A stretch of DNA of 62,192 bases, filler included, from Chiloscyllium plagiosum (lineage: Eukaryota): the NCBI RefSeq assembly GCF_004010195.1. It is 6 parts of one record of this genome, joined end to end, with 100 filler letters (N's around TTAATTAATTAA, not from the genome) between each part and the next. Parts side by side here need not be neighbours in the genome. Positions count along the whole stretch, not along the records: positions 46,265 to 57,478 come from NC_057717.1; positions 57,579 to 62,192 come from NC_057717.1; 4 more parts are not named here. One strand, given 5' to 3'. The stretch's first letter is position 1. Each line of letters opens with the position of its first letter. Both the position numbers and the translations under genes were made by a program. Shown here in pieces: positions 49,330 through 61,539 of this stretch. The notes beneath the pieces are model-generated. The model made no database searches. It was given only the letters and a program-made list of their open reading frames with translations, and was not told the DNA's origin.

Positions 49330-49760
49330 CCGTACTTCCTCCTCAGAATGTTATCTCTCCACAATGGGGAGTGAAAAACAGAGTCAGTGACAAAGCTGGG
49401 ATGGTCTACGCTCTGTATGGAACAAAGGTTATCCTGATCTTCCTGTCACTTGAATGTTGCACTGTGTTCCAAAGGCACGATTTCAGACTCAGGTCTGCTG
49501 CAGTGATACTTCAAGGCACAGCTCAAGCTGGAAGAATCGCACCTCATTTTCGACTGACAGACTATGCAGTCTTCAGGACCCAGCACCGAGTTCATTCATT
49601 TCATTTCCCGTCCGCCTTCTTCCAGATTCTTTCCCCACCCACACGTCCCATTAGTTCCAAAGACGGATCATTGGACTTGAAACATTAACTCTCCTTTCTC
49701 TCCACAGATTTCCAAGAGCGAATGATTTTGTTCATACGTTTTGGCTTTTCTTCAGAGAAC
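49330..49760 (+). mobile_element. Old Penelope 3' fragment (GIY-YIG C-terminus + terminus)
   Basis: QLKLEESHLIF..TMQSSG resembles PLE LEE.HLIFRLGTLQP.GLN; followed by GGACTTGAAACATTAACTCT terminus. Confidence 0.6.
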
Positions 49761-50272
49761 GTTTTTCCATTGTAGGCTGCAGGAAGCGTCTGTTTGCAGG
49801 AGATGGTGTTCATGGGAGATGATAAGAATGACAATGGTTGGACCAATCCCGTTGTGAAGGTAGACAAGCCAAGCTGGAGCTGATTATGTAAGTGCAGTGA
49901 AGGCTGTGTGAGAAATTGATAAACATGCACATACTATGAAGAGGACAGATATGTGTGACAGAAATGAGCTTGTTTTTGGGAAGTAAAAATAAACAGTGGC
50001 ACAGATGAAAAGCAAGAGACAAGGGATTAAGAGGAGATTTAGGATAAAAGTTTTCACCGAGACAGTGTTGTTTGTCTGGAATTGACTATATGAAAATGTG
50101 GTAAAGCTAAGTGTCAGCAGAACATTTCACCAGTATATAGCCAAACATTTGAATACCCAGAGCACACTTGGATAAGCAGCAGTTACTGGAAATTGTGACG
50201 AAGGCAGACGTACGTGAATTGGGAGTCCCGAGTCCATGGTAACCCTGTGTCCTTAGGCGCATCGGCCCGTGT

Positions 50273-50364
50273 GGCTATGTGGCGCAATGGTAAGTGCGTT
50301 GGCGTTTTATGTGGTTATTGAAGCTTTTGTAAAAAAGTCGTGTGTTCGAATTCCACCAGAGTCG
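50273..50364 (+). pseudogene. tRNA-Arg(TCT) pseudogene retaining its intron
   Basis: GGCTATGTGGCGCAATGGTAAGTGCGTTGG...[~20-nt insert]...GTCGTGTGTTCGAATTCCACCAGAGTCG matches vertebrate Arg-TCT (GGCTCTGTGGCGCAATGG...CCCACCAGAGTCG); A and B boxes nearly intact, anticodon arm damaged; TTTT at 50367-50370. Confidence 0.8.
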
Positions 50365-50709
50365 AGTTTTGTTTGAAACGTGATCAGAGCAGATTCGGCT
50401 GCTCCTCTTCAAAACCGGTATTATGCGTGCAGAATTCCAACTGTCTTGAAACGGGAAAACTCTACTTTTCACAAATGATCAATTTCGATGTCTGTTGAAG
50501 GTAGAGCTCGATAAATATCTGTTAGCCAATAGGCAACACGATGATGTTGATAGGCTGAGAAAAGACATTAATATGCTGGCTCAGCCATGATGATTTTGAA
50601 TGGCCGGGCCGGGAGGCGTGGCCTTCTCATGTTCCTTCCTGTCTGTGCTGTTTCTGGCCCAGGTTTTTAAACACTGACAGAATGAGGACAGTGTGAACCT
50701 ACATCATCA

Positions 50710-51012
50710 GTGGCACGGTGGCTCAGTGATTAGTACAGGTGCCCCACAGCAACAGTGCTCCAGATTCGATTCCAACCTTGGGTACTGTCTGGCTGGAGTT
50801 TGCACGTTCTCCCCGGGTTTGCTCTGGGTACTCCTGTTTCCTCCGGCAATCCAAAAATGAGCAGGTCATGTTAATTGGTCATGCAAAATTGCCCGCAGAG
50901 TTAGATGCATCAGTCAAAGGGAAATGAGTCTGGGCAGGTTACTCTTCGGAGGTGTGGACTGCTTGGGCCGAAGAGCCTGTTTTCGCACTGTAGGGAATAT
51001 AATCTAATCTAT
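50710..51012 (+). mobile_element. HE1-type SINE, diverged
   Basis: GTGGCACGGTGGCTCAGTGATTAG head; AATCTAATCT tail. Confidence 0.82.
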
Positions 51013-51443
51013 CCTGAAATTCACTTTGCCCCTGCATAACTTTGCTCCATCTCTACTAGTTATACAAACCATGCCACGTGCCCTTGAATGTAGTAATGCT
51101 GAAGATTGTTGACGTCGTGTGCAATGTGGGTCACTGTGTCGTATGAACTGTCCAAAGGAAGTTGGAGAAGTGTCAGTGAATTGAATTCTGTGACGAGTTG
51201 AAACCGATGGAAGGAAAATCCCATGTAAAAGTGTCCGTGATCAACGCAGGAAGGCACGGTAAACTTATATTCAGTAAAATCTGTTTTTCACCAGTTTTCT
51301 CTGTCTTTTTCCTGAACCTGATCCATTATCATTACAACCACCTCTAAGCTGATTTTCATTTTAGATTCACAGCAAAAAATTGAGTAATTGGATTTATGGC
51401 CTCAGTAGCTAGATCAGGAGCCGTTGGTCGTCTTCTTTTGTCA

Positions 51444-51538
51444 ACTCCAGTGGGAGAATTGATCAGGTTGCCGTGCTTTAAAAAAGATTAGAAGTGTGTG
51501 AGCTGCCGAAGTTGCGAGATTGATCCTCGCCAGGCGCT
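51444..51538 (+). pseudogene. tRNA-Ile(TAT) pseudogene retaining its intron
   Basis: ACTCCAGTGGGAGAATTGATCAGG...GTGCTTTA[~22 nt]TGCCGAAGTTGCGAGATTGATCCTCGCCAGGCGCT vs Ile-TAT GCTCCAGTGGCGCAATCGGTTAGCGCGCGGTACTTATA[intron]ATGCCGAGGTTGTGAGTTCGATCCTCACCTGGAGCA. Confidence 0.68.
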
Positions 51539-52559
51539 CATTTCACTGATAATGACCAGGGNNNNNNNNNNNNNNNNNNNNNNNNNNNNNNNNNNNNNNN
51601 NNNNNNNNNNNNNNNNNNNNNNNNNNNNNNNNNNNNNNNNNNNNNNNNNNNNNNNNNNNNNNNNNNNNNNNNNNNNNNNNNNNNNNNNNNNNNNNNNNNN
51701 NNNNNNNNNNNNNNNNNNNNNNNNNNNNNNNNNNNNNNNNNNNNNNNNNNNNNNNNNNNNNNNNNNNNNNNNNNNNNNNNNNNNNNNNNNNNNNNNNNNN
51801 NNNNNNNNNNNNNNNNNNNNNNNNNNNNNNNNNNNNNNNNNNNNNNNNNNNNNNNNNNNNNNNNNNNNNNNNNNNNNNNNNNNNNNNNNNNNNNNNNNNN
51901 NNNNNNNNNNNNNNNNNNNNNNNNNNNNNNNNNNNNNNNNNNNNNNNNNNNNNNNNNNNNNNNNNNNNNNNNNNNNNNNNNNNNNNNNNNNNNNNNNNNN
52001 NNNNNNNNNNNNNNNNNNNNNNNNNNNNNNNNNNNNNNNNNNNNNNNNNNNNNNNNNNNNNCTTCCTTCCTTACAAAATTTTTTCATTTCAAGTTATTTA
52101 TAGAATTTACTCCCAATTCTGTGACTTTTACTCATTGTGACAATCCCTCAACTCACCTCTATTTGTCTGCCACTTTCCTTGCAGACTGAAGTTTACAAAC
52201 ACTGCAGTCATCAACTCTGTGTCCTTTCTCGAACTGAAATTCATTGATGATTGGTCTGAGACTACACACTGACCCTCTTCTCTCACTTCTCAAAGTCAGT
52301 GCCCACTTGACATCAGGAACCCTATAACTACCTGGAATCGCAGCTGGACATTCAGGACTTCTGCTCACCCCAGGACCAACAGTGGAGACCCTGGCCCGGC
52401 CCTCCCAAACCAGGTCAGTGCAGTCTCAGTGTCGTGGCATGTTACCCATTTGGCATGCCCTCTGAGCTGCTTGGCCATTCAGTTAAACATCTTCCCAGCA
52501 GCCCCATCCTTCAAAATTGGACCAATATCAACAGCTGAGGCACTCACGTCAATCCATCC

Positions 52560-54440
52560 AAAAGGAAATATAGACTGTAGGGAAATAGATGGTGACATCT
52601 TGCAAAATGTCCAGATTACAGAGGAGGAGGAAGTGCTGGAAGTCTTGAAACGGTTAAAGGTGGATAAAACACCCAGGACCTGATCAGGTGTACCCGAGAA
52701 CTCTGTGGGAAGCTAGAGAAGTGATTGCTGGGCCTCTTGCTAAGATATTTGTATCATCGATAGTCACAGGTGAGGTGCCAGACGACTGGAGGTTGGCAAA
52801 CGTGGTGCCACTGTTTAAGAAGGGCGGTAAAGACAAGCCAGGNNNNNNNNNNNNNNNNNNNNNNNNNNNNNNNNNNNNNNNNNNNNNNNNNNNNNNNNNN
52901 NNNNNNNNNNNNNNNNNNNNNNNNNNNNNNNNNNNNNNNNNNNNNNNNNNNNNNNNNNNNNNNNNNNNNNNNNNNNNNNNNNNNNNNNNNNNNNNNNNNN
53001 NNNNNNNNNNNNNNNNNNNNNNNNNNNNNNNNNNNNNNNNNNNNNNNNNNNNNNNNNNNNNNNNNNNNNNNNNNNNNNNNNNNNNNNNNNNNNNNNNNNN
53101 NNNNNNNNNNNNNNNNNNNNNNNNNNNNNNNNNNNNNNNNNNNNNNNNNNNNNNNNNNNNNNNNNNNNNNNNNNNNNNNNNNNNNNNNNNNNNNNNNNNN
53201 NNNNNNNNNNNNNNNNNNNNNNNNNNNNNNNNNNNNNNNNNNNNNNNNNNNNNNNNNNNNNNNNNNNNNNNNNNNNNNNNNNNNNNNNNNNNNNNNACAA
53301 GGTTCCCCATGGGAGACTGATTAACAAGATTAGATCTCATGGAATACAGGGAGAACTAGCCATTTGGATACAGAACTGGCTCAAAGGTAGAAGACAGAGG
53401 GTGGTGGTGGAGGGTTGTTTTTTAGACTGGAGGCCTGTGACCAGTGGAGTGCCACAAGGATCGGTGCTGGGTCCTCTACTTTTTGTTATTTACAAAACTG
53501 ATTTGGATGCGAGCATAAGAGGTACAGTTAGTAAGTTTGCCAAAATTGGAGGTGTAATGGACAGTGAAGAGGTTTACCTCAGATTACAACAGGGTCTGGA
53601 CCAGATGGGCCAATGGGCTGAGAAGTGGCAGATGGAGTTTAATTCAGTTAAATGCGAGCAGCTGCATTTTGGGAAAGCAAATCTTAGCAGGAACTTATAC
53701 ACTTAATGGTAATGTCCTGGGGAGTGCTGATGAACAAAGAGACCTTGGAGTGCAGGTTCATAGCTCCTTGAAAGTGGAGTCGCAGGTAGATAGGATAGTG
53801 ATGAAGGCGTTTGATATGCTTTCCTTTATTGGTCAGAGCATTGAGTACAGGAGTTGGGCGGTCATGTTGCGGTCGTACAGGACATTGGTTAGGCCACTGT
53901 TGGAATATTGCGTGCAATTCTGGTCTCCTTCCTATCAGAAAGATGTTGTGAAACTTGAAAGGGTTCAGAAAAGATTTCCAAGGATGTTGCCAGGGTTGGA
54001 GGATTTGAGCTATAGGGAGAGGCTGAACAGGCTGGGGCTGTTTTCCCTGGAGCGTTGGAGGCTGAGGGGTGACTTTATAGAGGTGACTATATAATGAGGG
54101 GCATGGATAGTGTAAATAGACAAAGTCTTTTCCCTAGGGTCGGGGAGTCCAGAACTAGAGGATTAGGGTGAGAGGGAAAAGATATAAAAGAGACCTAAGG
54201 GGCAACTTTTTCACGCAGAGGGTGGTACGTGTATGGAATGAGCTGCCAGAGGAAGTGGTGGAGGCTGGTACAATTGCAACATTTAAGAGGCATTTGGATG
54301 GGTATATGAATAGGAAGGGTTTGGAGTGATACGGTCCGGGTGCTGGCAGGTGGGACTAGATTGGGTTGGGATATCTGGTCGGCATGGACGGGTTGGACCG
54401 AAGGGTCTGTTTCCGTGCTGTACATCTCTATGACTCCATG
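52560..54440 (+). mobile_element. CR1 LINE 3' half (same family as 2392-8844)
   Basis: YPRTLWEAREVIAGPL, SGVPQGSVLGP, LERVQKRF; tail CATCTCTATGACTCCATGA. Confidence 0.93.
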
Positions 54441-56080
54441 ATAGCTAATGTTGTTCCCTTGTGCAAGGGACAACCTGATAATTATAGACCAGTGAGCCTT
54501 ACTTCGCTTGTGGGTAAAGTGTTAGAAAAGATTGTAAGAGATAGGATTTATAATCATCTCGAAAGGAATAAGTTGATCAGGGATAGTCAACACCATTTTG
54601 TGAAGGGTAGATTGTGCCTCACAAACCTTACTGAGTTCTTTGAGAAGGTGACCAAACAGGTGGATGGGGTAAAGCGGTTGATGTGGTGTATATGGATTTC
54701 AGTAAGGGGTTTGATAAGATTCCCCATGGTAGGCTATAGCACAAAATACAAAGGCATGGGATTGAAGGTGATTTAGCGGTTTGGATCAGAAATTGGCTAG
54801 CTGAAAGAAGACAGAGGGTGGTGGTTGATGCAAAATGTTCATCCTGGAGTTCGGTTACTCGTGGGGTACCGCAAGGATCTGTTTTGGAATCACTGCTATT
54901 TGTCATTTTTATAAATGACCTACATGAGGGCGCAGAAGGATGGGTTGGTAAATTTGCGGATGACACTAAAGTCAGTGGAGTTGTGGATAGTGCTGAAGGA
55001 TGTTGCATGTTACAGAGGAACAGAGATAAGCTGCAGAGCTGGGCTGAGAGGTGGCAAATGGAGTTTAAAGCAGAAAAGTGTGAGGTGATTCACTTTGGAA
55101 GGAGCAACAGATTACTGAGCTAATGGTAAGATTCTTGGTGTCCACATACATAAATCCTTGAAAGTTGCCACTCAGATTAATGGGGTTGTTCAGAAAGCTT
55201 AGGTGTGTTAACCTTTATTGGCAGAGGGATTGAGTTTCAGAGCCACTAGGTCATGCTAGAGCTGTATAAAACTCTGGTGCGGCCGCATTTGGAGTATTGT
55301 GTACAGTTCTGGTCACTGCATTATAGGAAGGATGTGGAAGCTTTGGAAAGAGTGCAAAGGAGATTTACTGGTATGGAAGAAAGGTCTTATGAGGAAAGGC
55401 TGAGGGACTTGAGGCTGTTTTCGTTAGAGAGAAGAAAGCTGACAGGTGACTTAATTGACACAGTGGTTAGCACTGCTGCCTCGCAGCGCCAGAGACCCGG
55501 GTTCAATTCCCGCCTCAGGCGACTGACTGTGTGGAGTTTGCACGTTCTCCCCGTGTCTGCGTGGGTTTCCTCCGGGTGCTCCGGTTTCCTCCCACAATCC
55601 AAAAATGTGCAGGTCAGGTGAATTGGCCATGCTAAATTGCCCGTAGTGTTAGGTAAGGGGTAAATGTAGGGGTATGGGTGGGTTACGCTTCAGCGGGTCA
55701 GTGTGGACTTGTTGGGCCGAAGGGCCTGTTTCCACACTGTAAAGTAATCTAATCGAATCTAATAATCAGAGGGTTAGATGGGGTGGATGGTGAGAGCTTT
55801 TTTCCTCGGATGGTAATGGTTAGCATGAGGGGACAGAGCTATAAATTGAGGGGTGATAGATTTAGGACAGATATTACAGGTTGTTTCCTTAATCAGAGAG
55901 CAGTAGGGGTGTGGAATGGCCTGCTTGCAACAGTAGTAGACTTGCCAACATTAAGGACAGTTAAATGGTCAATGGATAAACATATGGATGAAAATGGAAT
56001 AGTGTAGGATAGATGGGCTTGAATGGAAGAGTGGGCTCGAAGGGCCAGAAGGCCTACTCCTGCTCCTGGCTATGTTCTAA
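54441..56080 (+). mobile_element. CR1 LINE 3' half (second family) containing a SINE
   Basis: [38 protein letters not shown]. Confidence 0.9.
55459..55762 (+). mobile_element. Young HE1-type SINE
   Basis: CAGTGGTTAGCACTGCTGCCTCGCAGCGCCAGAGACCCGGGTTCAATTCC...; CpGs retained; AATCTAATCGAATCTAA tail. Confidence 0.92.
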
Positions 56081-56224
56081 ATGGCTGGGTGTCCAAGATG
56101 TCAGTTTGGGGTGGCCGAGGCAGTTTGGGAGCCCAGGGAGAAAAACCTCTCTGCATCTCACCAGCCAAAACTTCAAAAGAATCTTGCTTATTTCAATATG
56201 GTCACCTCTCAATCCTCTAAATTC

Positions 56225-57478
56225 CAAGAAGTATCCAGAACTACACCCCTGAGTTCGAAGGGAGATAGCTGAAGAGACAGTGGAGGCATTAGCCATGATC
56301 TTTCAGGAATCACTATAATTAAGGAGTGTTTCCAGAGGATGGAAAATCACTAACGTGACATCCCTGTTTCAAAAGGCAAACGACGGAAAATTACAGACCG
56401 ATTAACCTAACCTCGGTCATGGGTAAGATCCTGGAATCCATTGTGAAGGATGAGATTTCTGAATACTTGGCAATGTATGGTAAAATAGGGTAGAATCAGC
56501 CTGGTTTTATCAAGGGGAGGTCATGCCTGACAAATCTGTTAGACTTCAAAGGATTGCGAGGATGATTCAAGAGAAGAGTGAAAGTAATTGGGTGGTTGTT
56601 ATGGGGGATTTTAACTTTCCTGATATTAATTGGGAAAGCTATAGCTCAAGTTCGTTAGATGGGTCAGTGTTTGTCCAATGTGTGCAGGAGGGTTTCCTGA
56701 CACAATATGTAGATAGGCCAACAAGAGGTGAGGCCATACTGGATTTGGTTCTGGGTAATGAACCAGGCCAGGTGTTAGAATTAGAGGTAGGTGAGCACTT
56801 TGGGGACAGTGACCACAATTCAGTGACTTTTACTCTAGTGATGGAGAGGGATAAGTGTGCACTACAGGGCAAGAATTATAGCTGGGGGCAGGGAAATTAT
56901 GATGCGGTGAGGCAATACTTAGGATGCGTGGCTTGGAAAAGTAGGCTTCAAGGCAAGGGCGTAATTGATATGTGGAGCTTGTTCAAGGAGCAACCATTGA
57001 GTGTCCTTGATAAGTATGTACCCGTCAGGCAGGAAGGAAAGGGTCGTGGGAGGGAGCCGTGGTTTAATAAGGAATTGGAATCCCTTGTCAAATGGAAGAG
57101 GGTGGCCTATGTAAAGATGAGGCGTGAAGGTTCAATTGGGGCGATTGAGAGTTATAAGGTAGCCAGGAAGGACCTGAAGAGAGAGCTAAGAGCAGCAAGG
57201 AGGGGACATGAAAGGTCCTTAGTAGATAGGATTAGGGAAAACCCTAAGGCTTTCTATAGGTATGTCAGGAATAAAAGAATGACCACGGTAGAAATCGGTC
57301 CAGTCAAGGATAGTAGTGGGAAGTTGCGTGTGGAGGCTGAAGAGATCAGGGAGACACTGAATGAATACTTTTCGTCAGTATTCAATCAGGAACAGGACAT
57401 TGTTGTCAATGTGAGTACTGAGTCACAAATAAGTAGAATGGATGGCTTTGAGGTATGTAGAGAAGAGGTGCTGGAAAT
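56225..57478 (+). mobile_element. Two abutting CR1 fragments (56225-56545 old; 56546-57478 young, same subfamily as 20136-22674)
   Basis: Long open ORF2 segment (GDFNFPDINW...GDSDHN...ENPKAFYRYV) closely similar to 21233-22155. Confidence 0.9.
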
Positions 57479-59470
57479 NNNNNNNNNNNNNNNNNNNNNN
57501 NNNNNNNNNNNNNNNNNNNNNNTTAATTAATTAANNNNNNNNNNNNNNNNNNNNNNNNNNNNNNNNNNNNNNNNNNNNCTTTCCCCCGATTGAATGTCAG
57601 GTGAAAAAAATATCTCTTTAAGATCTCTTTTAATGCAGCGTTCTTTCTCCATCCAAATACAACAGGACCCTCACATAAACACCCCCAAAAACACATAAGC
57701 CCCTCCTCCCCTCCCTCTGTCTATATGTATCGATATATAACGTTAAACATCACACAACACTAGCTTTCGGAGGATCCTGTGACACTATAACCTGGTGTTG
57801 TCCCAGTCCAACACCGGCATCTCCATCATCGAAATATAAAGGTCACCATTGAGCTATTAACCAGATGTTTGCTTGAAACACACACAGCAAGATCCCACGT
57901 GCCGCAGTGGAACCACAGACAGATGGTGTGTGTCCCTGATGCAGGTTAAGGGTTTGATTCTGTCTCCTGGATAAGAGGGAGCAATCCTCCTGTTGAACAA
58001 ACACCAAACATTTCCCCCTTCCTTCTCTGTGCCCCGCACTCTCTGAGCCCCGTCTTGTGCTCTCTGATTCTGGGATCTCTCCCTTCCTCTCCCCTCTCTC
58101 TCTCTCTATCTCTGATCTCTCTTCCCTCCCTCTCTCTGTTCCCCCTCTTACTCTCTCCATCTCTGAGATATCTCTGTTCCTCCCCTATCTCCCTCGATCT
58201 CTGAGATGTCTCTGTTCCTCCCCTCTCTCCCTCTGTCTCTGAAATCTCTTCCTCTGTCTTCCCCCCCTCTCACTGTCTCCATCTCCAAGATCTTTCTCTC
58301 TGTCTCTCACATTTCTCACATTTTAGCCCCCTGGCCTACGCACACAACTGTGACATTCGAATGGGGCTTTGGAGAGAGTTTCTCATGTTAAGGTATTCAT
58401 TCCCTCCTCCGGGGGTCCTTCCTGCCAGACCCTGGGGATGTAGCCAGTTTGTGTCACAATCCCAAGAGCCCGGTTCCTTTAACCCCAGGCCTCCCTCAAA
58501 TCCATTTTAAACCAATGAACCTTCCACTGGGATAGTCAGCGCTCTCTTTCACTATTCTCTGTCTCTCTCTCTCGCCCTCTTCACACTCCCATTCTCCCTC
58601 CACCCCTCTCTCTGTCCCTGGAGCTGGAGTGAGAGAGGGAGGCAGTGACATCTGTGGGACCAGACTGTGCAGCAGCTCCCCCTCCATCTTTCCCCCCTTT
58701 GTCTCCCTCAGTCCAGACCAGAACACTCCCCCTTGTAGTAAAAATCCCAGAAACAGCCTGAACCCCACCATTCTTCTGTGTGTGAGTGTGTGTGTGTGAG
58801 AGAGAGAGGTGTGTGTGTAAATGAACGACAAGGAGACAGGACAGTTTCTGATTATTCTCTCTCTCTGTCTGATGATTCCGCGCGGCAGAAATGATTTAAT
58901 TCTCTCTGTCTCTGTGTCGTCTCGAGCTTCAGCTCCTGGATCCAATCTCCTCCTCACCCCCAGAGTTAGGGGGAGAGGGGTCTGTGTGTGGGGGGGGAAA
59001 CACACTGAGAAATAAAAACAAATCAATTTGAAATAAAATACAACAGTGGCACCAAAAGCACAGCAAGATCCCACAGCTCTCTGCCTTCCCCAATCTCCCA
59101 CGTGACTCTGGTTCAGTTTAATTCTTGCAGAATGAATGTATTGCTGACTATCACAGCGACATTGAAATACACAGACATCACCGCAGAGCAGTTGTCCTGA
59201 GGCTAGAAACATGAATAAACACGAACGCACATCAAGATCCCACAAACAGCAATCTAACCCCACACACATCGTGGGTGATGCTGGTTAGGGGTTGATGTAT
59301 TTGTGTCAAATCCCAAGGCCCAGTTACCTTAGCCTCAGGCTTCAAACCTGTTCAAAAACGACAAGGCCGCAATCCGACAGGACCCGGTTAACCAGAGGTC
59401 CCGGTAAAAGCCAGCCCCCTCGCAAGAGAGAGGAGATTAAACCTCGGGGTAATACACAGACAAAACTCAC

Positions 59471-59572
59471 CTGGGCCAACAGGCTGCAGCCTGTCAAACA
59501 GGCCTCAGGACTGCGTTTCCCCTCTGCTCCCAAACACACACTTTTCAAATCCTCAAGTGGCCAGGACGATCC
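59471..59572 (-). other. Exon-like cassette copy B (102 nt)
   Basis: Acceptor CTCTTTCCTCCCAAAG|G, donor CAG|GTGAGT; open in phase 0 (GSSWPLEDLKSVCLGAEGKRSPEACLTGCSLLAQ). Confidence 0.4.
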
Positions 59573-60304
59573 CTTTGGGAGGAAAGAGGCAGCATTAGTG
59601 GGAAGGCTGAGCAGGAAAATCTTTCACAGGGAGATAGCACAGCAAGATCCCAGGTTTTCCCCTCTCAGTGAGACAGACAATTTCTCAGCAACATCCAAAC
59701 ACAAACACGTCGGGTGATGAGTTGAGTTTCATGTTGAAAGGTTTTTGAAATGACAGGTTAGCTGATTAAAACCACTCACTGCATGCAACGATGGCATTAG
59801 GGCAATTGACGCACAGCAAGATCCCACAAGTGACAGTGCTGCAGAAGCTCAAAAATCTGATTGTTTTTATTTCCAGCTTAATTATTTCCTGTCACCTCAG
59901 AATCAAATATTGCAGCTATTTCACATTCTCACACTGCCCCTCTCTCTCTCCTGTTTCCCTTGCTCTCACCATTTTCCATTTCTTTCTCTCACTCTCTTTC
60001 TCTCCGTGTCCAATTCGATCATCCTGCCCTCTCTATGACCCACTTTCCTCTGATAGTGTGACAATTCTTTCCAGAGGGTCAGAAATTTTGGGTTAGAGTT
60101 CCCTCCCGAGGGAGTCCCGTCTCCCACATCCTGGGGGTTTCACCTGTTTGTGTCACCAATGCCCCGGTTACTTTAACCCCAGGCTTCAAACCCGTGATCT
60201 GACAGGTCCCAGTTAACCAGAGGCCCCGACAAACCAGGCTCCCACACCCACCCCACCCCCCAGAGGAGATGAAACCTCGGGGGGAGAAACAGACCCCCAC
60301 TCAC

Positions 60305-60442
60305 CTGGGCCCCACGGGCTGCAGCCTGGCCAACAGGCCTCAGGCCTGTGCTCCCCGCCCTCTGGAGGTTGTTCTTGTCCAAGGCTTTCCTGGCCCCCAG
60401 GCATTTTGGACCTTCACTTTCCTGCTTTCCCAACAAAAGTTC
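60305..60442 (-). other. Exon-like cassette copy A (138 nt)
   Basis: Pyrimidine tract TCTTCTTTCTTTTATCCCGAG|G, donor CAG|GTGAGT; open in phase 0 (ELLLGKQES...VGQAAARGAQ); 3' part and downstream intron homologous to copy B. Confidence 0.4.
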
Positions 60443-61086
60443 CTCGGGATAAAAGAAAGAAGAGATTAGTTGGTGGGGGGCCGGGGGAGCGAGGGCAGTG
60501 TGATGCAAAATTACACATTAGGATCCCAGTTTAAACACAATCCCACCACTCCCTTCCCCCATCCCCAATGCATTTCCTAACCTCACAGCAACATCAAAAT
60601 ACAAACAAATCAGAAGAAAGCAATTAACCAGAGGCTGGAAACATTATTAAACACACACACACACAATGAATCTGACCAATTCCTTGCGCACATTTATTCT
60701 GGGTGAGGGGTTAGCTGAGCCCATCCCTGCCCTCTCTGACACGTTGCATCGTCTGTCAGTCTGCTCCCTGGGGAGGGCTCTGTCTGATTGACATGTTAAT
60801 TCCCAGGACAGGAGCCTTGTGGGATCTTCCTGCCCACTGAGATGTTAATTCTGGGGCAACAAAGTGTCATCTTTCCCAGTTGCGACAGCTCTCTTTTTTA
60901 TTGAAGCCTTATTAGTTGTGTCAGTGCAGTTTGAATATATTAAAGATTACTCCCACACTAGCGTCTCAGAGCCTGAATGTAGGTAGGCTTCCTGAGACAC
61001 ACACACAGGGCTGGGAATGCAGAGGGGGATATTTGCTGAGGTTTTCTTGGGATTTTGCTGCTGTATGTGTGATTCCTAGAATTAAT

Positions 61087-61375
61087 CTCTGTCTCTGTCC
61101 CTGTCTGTCTCTGTGTGTGTCTCTCTCTGTCACTCTCTTTCTCTCTGTCTCTGTTCCTCTCTCTCTTTGTCTCTTTCTCTCTGTTCCTCTGTGTGTGTGC
61201 CTCTCTCTCTTTCTCTCTGTCCCTTTGTATCCCACTCCCTGTCTCTCTCTCTCTGTCTCTTTCTCTCTGTCCCTGTGTCTCTCTCTTCTCTGTGTCTCTG
61301 TCTCTCTCTCTGTCTCTCTCTTTCTATCCCTGTATGTGTGTCTCTCTCTCTCTCTTTCTGTCTCTCCCTGCCCTG
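61087..61375. repeat. (CT/GT)-rich low-complexity microsatellite
   Basis: Direct inspection; a similar tract lies at ~58060-58320. Confidence 0.9.
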
Positions 61376-61539
61376 CTCTACATCCAGGCATTTCTAACTT
61401 GATTTTGAGACTTATATTTCCTTTCCCTTTCTCAAAAATATTGGCGGAGTTTGGGAATTTAAATCATAGATCACGTGCCTGCCCCTCAACACCCACATTA
61501 TATCCTCACAGCTCCCCTGCCTTCACACCCCCCCGTAAA

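Noticed and set aside
55459..55515. tRNA-like A/B boxes as a tRNA gene (also ~17480 and ~50710)
   Set aside because: tRNA-derived heads of HE1-type SINEs with SINE body and tail
56523..57530. 335-aa open ORF as a host gene
   Set aside because: Fragment of young CR1 ORF2 fused by chance to an older CR1 piece
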